Part shown: piece by piece, positions 25,011 through 29,193 of the stretch | How positions within the stretch are numbered: position 1 is the first letter of the stretch | How the letters are laid out: every line of letters begins with the position of its first letter | Virus record (IMG/VR): IMGVR_UViG_3300033407_000094 | Location: 1 to 29,193 of that record | Reading direction: 5' to 3' (one strand) | Source: a virus | Lineage: Duplodnaviria > Caudoviricetes | Length of the DNA: 29,193 bases | Notes under the pieces: model-generated | Databases searched by the model: none | Told to the model about the DNA's origin: nothing | The model's input: the letters and a program-made list of their open reading frames with translations, nothing else | Translations under genes and position numbers: made by a program

Positions 25011-25069
25011 GGCTGCTCATCAGATCGACGGAACCGCCCGCCGATAACCCCGGCTTGCCGGGGTTTCGC
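25011..25069 (-). ncRNA. Type II hammerhead ribozyme
   Basis: GC-GAAA-CCCCGG(CAAG)CCGGGG-UU-AUCGGCGG(GCGGUU)CCGUCGAU-CUGAUGA-GC-AGCC: full catalytic core, stems III and I, 2-bp stem II, and loop I/3' tail pseudoknot. Confidence 0.9.
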
Positions 25070-25070
25070 T

Positions 25071-25436
25071 TTAATCTTCGACAGTTACTCCAGCTGCCCT
25101 TTCTTTAATTTTTACAAGCCTATCTATTTCTGCAGCAATAAGCGCACCCGCAATAACCAATCGATCTATCTTATTTTTTTTTCGAAAACGATCTTCATGT
25201 TCAGAACTCCAGGAGTCTGGATAATCGACCCATATTGATTCTCCTCGCCATTCTGCAAAATCCATTGACAGTAGACAAGCAGCAGCCTGCGCCAACTCCC
25301 CGTGTTTATTATCCTCACGGTCATCGTGTTCTGCGTTAAAACCGTGTTTTTCAATTTGTTCTTGGCGTTCATTTTTGATCATTTCTATTCCGGAAATAGG
25401 TAACTTATGATCAATGTCTTCTCTTGCATGTTTCAT
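25071..25436 (-). CDS. Conserved phage hypothetical protein
   Basis: ER.EQI...G...EHDD...GELA.AAAC...LV.AGALIAAEIDRL pattern; function not recognised. Confidence 0.8.
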   Translation of the reverse strand: MKHAREDIDHKLPISGIEMIKNERQEQIEKHGFNAEHDDREDNKHGELAQAAACLLSMDFAEWRGESIWVDYPDSWSSEHEDRFRKKNKIDRLVIAGALIAAEIDRLVKIKERAAGVTVED

Positions 25437-25603
25437 TATTCGTAGCCCTCTGTTTTGATTTCTATTCTAATATCATGTCCTTCTCTATCGTCTGAGTTGA
25501 TTATTACCAGCTCAGGCCCGGAAGCGACTCCGCAGTACCCATAGGCATCTGTTAATCTCTTGGTGGCATATTCAACGATATCCCTTAGTATTTCGTTTTT
25601 CAT
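25436..25603 (-). CDS. Hypothetical protein
   Basis: Likely start is the ATG at 25603 (GAGG RBS); stop overlaps the next ATG. Confidence 0.6.
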   Translation of the reverse strand: MKNEILRDIVEYATKRLTDAYGYCGVASGPELVIINSDDREGHDIRIEIKTEGYE

Positions 25604-25607
25604 ATCC

Positions 25608-25853
25608 TCAACTCCCCACATATCCGCAAACAACCTGCGTTCCGCCGCCATAACTCAGCGAACCATGATAATACCCGCAGACAACCTTCCTCCGGCCTTC
25701 CTCCTCGGTGATACAGATTGATTCAATAGGACAATCGGCGATGGTGCATGTGCTGAAAATCATTGCCAGCCGCTTAACGGATTTTCTTTTATCATCCGCC
25801 TGTGCGCCCTGTGCCCCCATGATGGGAGCGTTCTGTGTCTCTGCTACCATCAT
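25608..25853 (-). CDS. Hypothetical Cys-rich protein
   Basis: C..DCP...C...C pattern; fits operon packing. Confidence 0.6.
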   Translation of the reverse strand: MMVAETQNAPIMGAQGAQADDKRKSVKRLAMIFSTCTIADCPIESICITEEEGRRKVVCGYYHGSLSYGGGTQVVCGYVGS

Positions 25854-25855
25854 GG

Positions 25856-26314
25856 CTAATCCTTTACCACTTCGATATTATGGTTGTTTTTTAGCAAGTG
25901 CTGCTTAAGGGCTGCAGCGCTTAGCCACCAGGGGCCATAAGTGATGAACTTGGCGTTCATCCCTTTTTTCGGGGCTTCCTTTTTGCCGTATATTTTCAGC
26001 CAAAAAGCCCGATGCTTGGCAGAGTGCAGAAACTGCGTTCTCTGCCGATAGAATCGCCGGGTCTCTTCGGGTATCTCCGGGTTAAGATCGGTATCTTTAT
26101 GGTGCACATGCCAGATCCCTCTGATATAGCCGTTGACATACACCGTGATGCCGAGCTTATTCTTGCCCATTTGCCCTCTGGTTATATAAAGGTCATAGCC
26201 ATCAACCAGCAACTTGACGATGCCGAAGCAGCCGGACAGCTGGTTAATGACAGACTCCCATTCTTCCTTGGTCGGCAGCTTGCGAGGCACAACCTCTGTA
26301 GGGTTATAAGTCAT
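25856..26314 (-). CDS. Hypothetical protein
   Basis: Operon packing; V.L.VDGY and VYVNG.I.G.W pattern recalled from other temperate phages. Confidence 0.75.
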   Translation of the reverse strand: MTYNPTEVVPRKLPTKEEWESVINQLSGCFGIVKLLVDGYDLYITRGQMGKNKLGITVYVNGYIRGIWHVHHKDTDLNPEIPEETRRFYRQRTQFLHSAKHRAFWLKIYGKKEAPKKGMNAKFITYGPWWLSAAALKQHLLKNNHNIEVVKD

Positions 26315-26316
26315 GC

Positions 26317-26931
26317 CTACACCCCCGCCAGATCAAGCCTGATGGTTTTCCACTCGGCATCCGGTGCCGGTTTCGTCTGGAACAACAGATATTCCCTGGT
26401 CCCGGTGATGGTGATAGCCTCGGTGATCAGGTCCATTGCCGCCTGCCATTCCGGGTCTTTGATCTTCCAGTTGCGCAGACCAAGAATCCTGCTGGTATCG
26501 ACGTTGCCCTTTTTGTCGGTAGAAAAGGCATGAGAAACGACCACCTGGAGGTTCTCATTGGCCCCGACACTCCACGCCTTGGCGCAACGATCTATCTTTT
26601 GCTTGGCCAGCTGCAACCGCTCATCGAAGGCGACAACCTTATTGACCTTGATGGTGACCCGCAGATCGCCGGAAAAACTGTCCAGGCTGTAATTCCCGCC
26701 TGGATTCAATTTCTCTTCGCCTGCCGTGGTTGCCAGCCAGTCCAGATAACTGCCTATATCCGCGCTGACCGCCTGCTTGAATTTGCGCAGGTGCTCCTGA
26801 GCCTTCAGGGCCTGACGGTGCAGCTTCTCCACCATTGCATCTCGTTTCTTTGCTACCGGGTCCACATACTTGGCCGGGATAGAATCGCCTTTTGCATCGA
26901 TCCATCGGCCTAAATCGTCTTTACGCGCCAT
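26317..26931 (-). CDS. DUF3164-family protein
   Basis: W.DAKG..IP...V....RD, GNYSLDSFSG, FDERLQLAK..ID.C and W..AMD.I motifs. Confidence 0.85.
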   Translation of the reverse strand: MARKDDLGRWIDAKGDSIPAKYVDPVAKKRDAMVEKLHRQALKAQEHLRKFKQAVSADIGSYLDWLATTAGEEKLNPGGNYSLDSFSGDLRVTIKVNKVVAFDERLQLAKQKIDRCAKAWSVGANENLQVVVSHAFSTDKKGNVDTSRILGLRNWKIKDPEWQAAMDLITEAITITGTREYLLFQTKPAPDAEWKTIRLDLAGV

Positions 26932-27343
26932 GATTCACACCATTCTTAATTGCCTTAAACTGCTTTTTACTTTGGAAATATTCCCGGCACCTGTCCGCGA
27001 AAAGCTCGGCAACCAGGCTTAATTTATGTAACTCCTCGTCGGACATCTCCGAACTCTCTGTGCTGTAGCTGCATTTCTTCAATTCTCTAAGGGTCGAAAT
27101 GACATCGGTCCGCCACGAGCCGACCACTCTGGCCAATCGCTGGTTATCCCTTGTCAGCTCTTCCACCAACTCGCGCAGATCGTCTCTCATGCCCCTCAGT
27201 AAATCGACTTCCGGTTCCATGCCGCGGATGTTGATTTGCGGCTGAAGCTGATATAATGCCGCCAATACTTGTTTTGCTTTCTGCTCGACATTTATGACGG
27301 CTGGGGGGTGTACTGCCAACTGAATACTGTTCATAATTTGCAC
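26921..27343 (-). CDS. Hypothetical coiled-coil protein
   Basis: Overlaps both neighbours in the early operon; start uncertain. Confidence 0.65.
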   Translation of the reverse strand: MQIMNSIQLAVHPPAVINVEQKAKQVLAALYQLQPQINIRGMEPEVDLLRGMRDDLRELVEELTRDNQRLARVVGSWRTDVISTLRELKKCSYSTESSEMSDEELHKLSLVAELFADRCREYFQSKKQFKAIKNGVNHGA

Positions 27344-27651
27344 CTTTTCTTATTATTTTTGCATAACGGGCATGTGGCCCAAATCTCTACCGCCAGGGGG
27401 TTTGCGCTGGAAAAAGGCAACTGCTGGTTCTTGACGCATTTTGCCAGTGTGATAACCCCGAGCAACGGACATTCAACCGTCTCGTTGCCGTATACTTCGA
27501 TGACCTTAGCCGCCAACTTCTCGGTGTCGCCGGGATAGATACCCTGCAGCGCCTGGCTGATCACAGCCGGGGAGTAGCCGAGTTCCCGAGCTACAGCCGC
27601 CTGGTTGCCTGCTTCGGTCACCGCTTTTTTAAGCAGGTCTAACCATGCCAT
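27331..27651 (-). CDS. HTH DNA-binding protein with Cys motifs
   Basis: QAAVARELGYSPAVISQAL HTH; CPLLG..C...C..C. Confidence 0.82.
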   Translation of the reverse strand: MAWLDLLKKAVTEAGNQAAVARELGYSPAVISQALQGIYPGDTEKLAAKVIEVYGNETVECPLLGVITLAKCVKNQQLPFSSANPLAVEIWATCPLCKNNKKRCKL

Positions 27652-28429
27652 TTTGTAGCTCCTTTACTGTTGGCCGTCTTTCCGGCCATATTGTTTTGCC
27701 CGTGTTCTGGTCTCTCAGTCCACGTAATCTCAAAGGGTTCTGCCGCTTTTCTGCTGCTGTCGGATGTACTTGTTTCGGTGTCCTCGGGCCGCTGTCAATT
27801 AACAGAATGTACTTTTCCAATTGAGTGTTGCGACGGTACCCGGTGTCCTTACTATCTTCCGTTGTTCCCAGAAAGCCGCACAGGAGCAGCAGGCTGATAA
27901 ACTCGCGGAGGTTAGAGAAACCGATCTGCGCAGCCTCCTCGATATCCTTTGCGGTAAAGGTTTCCAAATCCCGCATGATACTCCAGGCCCGCTGTCTCGC
28001 TGTGGCGCTGAGTTCTTTGTCGGCTTTTTTGGTAGCCGGGTTGGTTATCTCGCCGTTTTCCCAGATAGTCTCTCCGGTGTTCTGGTCGAATAAGCCTTTC
28101 AGTCTCAGCGGATTTTTCTTTCTTTCTTCCGCTGTCGGTTTGGCTTGCTGGGGAGTTCTAGGCCCGCTATCGTTTAACAGGGTGTACACGGCTATCCTGG
28201 GGTTGCGCCTATCTCCGGTTTCGCTGGTCTTGCCGATCTCGCACAAATACCCGCAGGCAAGAAGCAGGCTGATGAACGATCTCAGATTTGATAGACCGAT
28301 CTCAGCCGTAGCCTCAATATCCCCGTCTTTGAACGTCCGAAAGATGCGCATAGAGTTCCAGGCTCGCTGTCTGGCGGTGATGCGCTCTTTCTTCGGTTTT
28401 TCCTTTGTCTTTTTGTTGTCTTTTACCAT
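27629..28429 (-). CDS. Tandem winged-helix-like DNA-binding protein
   Basis: Two roughly 106-aa copies of TARQRAW..MR...F...DIE..A.IG.SNLR.FISLLL.CG.L...DSGPRTP...DQNTG.TIW. Confidence 0.78.
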   Translation of the reverse strand: MVKDNKKTKEKPKKERITARQRAWNSMRIFRTFKDGDIEATAEIGLSNLRSFISLLLACGYLCEIGKTSETGDRRNPRIAVYTLLNDSGPRTPQQAKPTAEERKKNPLRLKGLFDQNTGETIWENGEITNPATKKADKELSATARQRAWSIMRDLETFTAKDIEEAAQIGFSNLREFISLLLLCGFLGTTEDSKDTGYRRNTQLEKYILLIDSGPRTPKQVHPTAAEKRQNPLRLRGLRDQNTGKTIWPERRPTVKELQNGMVRPA

Positions 28430-28440
28430 TCAATCACCTG

Positions 28441-29154
28441 CTATTTACCACCATTAGTGAAGAAAAATTTACGGTTAGATTTTGATCCATTGTTCCAGAG
28501 CGCCAGGGTTGCCCTGGTCCAGCCGTTGCTCCGAGCGACTTTCTCGATCATGCCTATCCCGTTGTTGATAAGACCAACGTTGCCGCTTGCTTCGTCGTTT
28601 AAGGCCATGAGCAAATCCTCATCTATCTCAACCTCGGCAACCGCCTTGTAGACCGCCAGGCAGTCGAGGAAATCGAGGGGCAGAAACTTAATTTCCTCGG
28701 TGATCCGGCGCATAAATCTCTCGTTTTGCGCCAGGCCGCGCCGTACCTGATCCATACCTATCAGCGTGACGGGACGGCCTGAAAGGTCATGGATATCGCG
28801 CAAAACTTCGATCATGGCTTCATTCAGGTAATCGGCTTCATCTACAAACAATGATCGCTGTGTTCTGCGTAATTTCTGGACGATATAGTCGAACATGGGT
28901 TGCCTAAAGCGGCTGGGCTGGCCTTCAAGTTGCTCAACAATCGATGACAGCATGGAGGTAATGTTCCATATTCTTTGGGCACGGACAAAAACGCCGTTCG
29001 TTCGGTTGACCACGAAGGCGGTAGCCGTGGTTTTTCCGGCACCCGGCATACCCCAGACGAAACACATCCTTTCCGGGGCGGTCGAACCCTCCAGGCCTTC
29101 AATGGCCATTAGATACCGTTTAATTGATGCCGTAATTGCAACTGCTCTTTTCAT
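28441..29154 (-). CDS. MuB-like transposition AAA+ ATPase
   Basis: Walker A GMPGAGKT, Walker B LFVDEAD, LRDIHD and LIGM motifs; ATG at 29154 with AGGAG RBS. Confidence 0.9.
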   Translation of the reverse strand: MKRAVAITASIKRYLMAIEGLEGSTAPERMCFVWGMPGAGKTTATAFVVNRTNGVFVRAQRIWNITSMLSSIVEQLEGQPSRFRQPMFDYIVQKLRRTQRSLFVDEADYLNEAMIEVLRDIHDLSGRPVTLIGMDQVRRGLAQNERFMRRITEEIKFLPLDFLDCLAVYKAVAEVEIDEDLLMALNDEASGNVGLINNGIGMIEKVARSNGWTRATLALWNNGSKSNRKFFFTNGGK

Positions 29155-29193
29155 GCTGTATACTCCTGATTGTTGGGTGTTTAAGGGCAATAG

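Larger units (their letters stand above)
1..29193 (-). mobile_element. Mu-like transposable prophage (internal segment; both ends outside window)
   Basis: Co-oriented, tightly packed genes in Mu order: B ATPase, gemA, mor, lysis, terminase, portal, F, G, I, T, gp36/37, sheath, tube, TMP, N, P, gp45-48, fibre. No obvious disrupted structural gene. Confidence 0.97.

Noticed and set aside
25046-25066. CCCCGG/CCGGGG hairpin as a simple intrinsic terminator
   Set aside because: There is no U tract on the coding strand, and it is better explained as hammerhead stem III.
111-28651. All + strand ORFs in the track (e.g. 13932-14921, 16150-17001, 5615-6367)
   Set aside because: They are antisense shadows of well-supported - strand genes, with no recognisable motifs.

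Overview
The whole window is the interior of an apparently intact Mu-like (transposable, contractile-tailed) prophage, with every credible gene on the - strand. From right to left it encodes: a MuB-like AAA+ ATPase; early/middle genes (tandem winged-helix protein, HTH protein, DUF3164-like, small ORFs, HNH endonuclease, GemA, Mor, ASCH); an accessory block (secreted protein and a c4-type antisense RNA/ORF6N antirepressor cassette); lysis genes; terminase; portal; gpF; gpG; protease/scaffold; major capsid; neck; sheath and tube; tail chaperone; tape measure; gpN; baseplate; and the 5' part of a tail fibre. Transposase, repressor and both phage ends lie outside the window. The most notable signals are non-coding. 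(1) A complete type II hammerhead ribozyme (25011-25069) sits directly in front of a small-ORF/HNH gene pair. (2) Six copies of a 26-bp GTAG-type REP-like palindrome show compensatory stem changes, and two are translated in-frame as RAGLEPAPT inside the portal and HNH proteins. (3) A P1/P4-type c4 antisense RNA has upstream and downstream target pairs, one covering the antirepressor RBS. (4) There is a probable +1 frameshift (TTT CGA) in the tail chaperone. (5) The G-I intergenic region is a candidate strong gyrase site. All family assignments come from motif recognition and synteny, not database searches.
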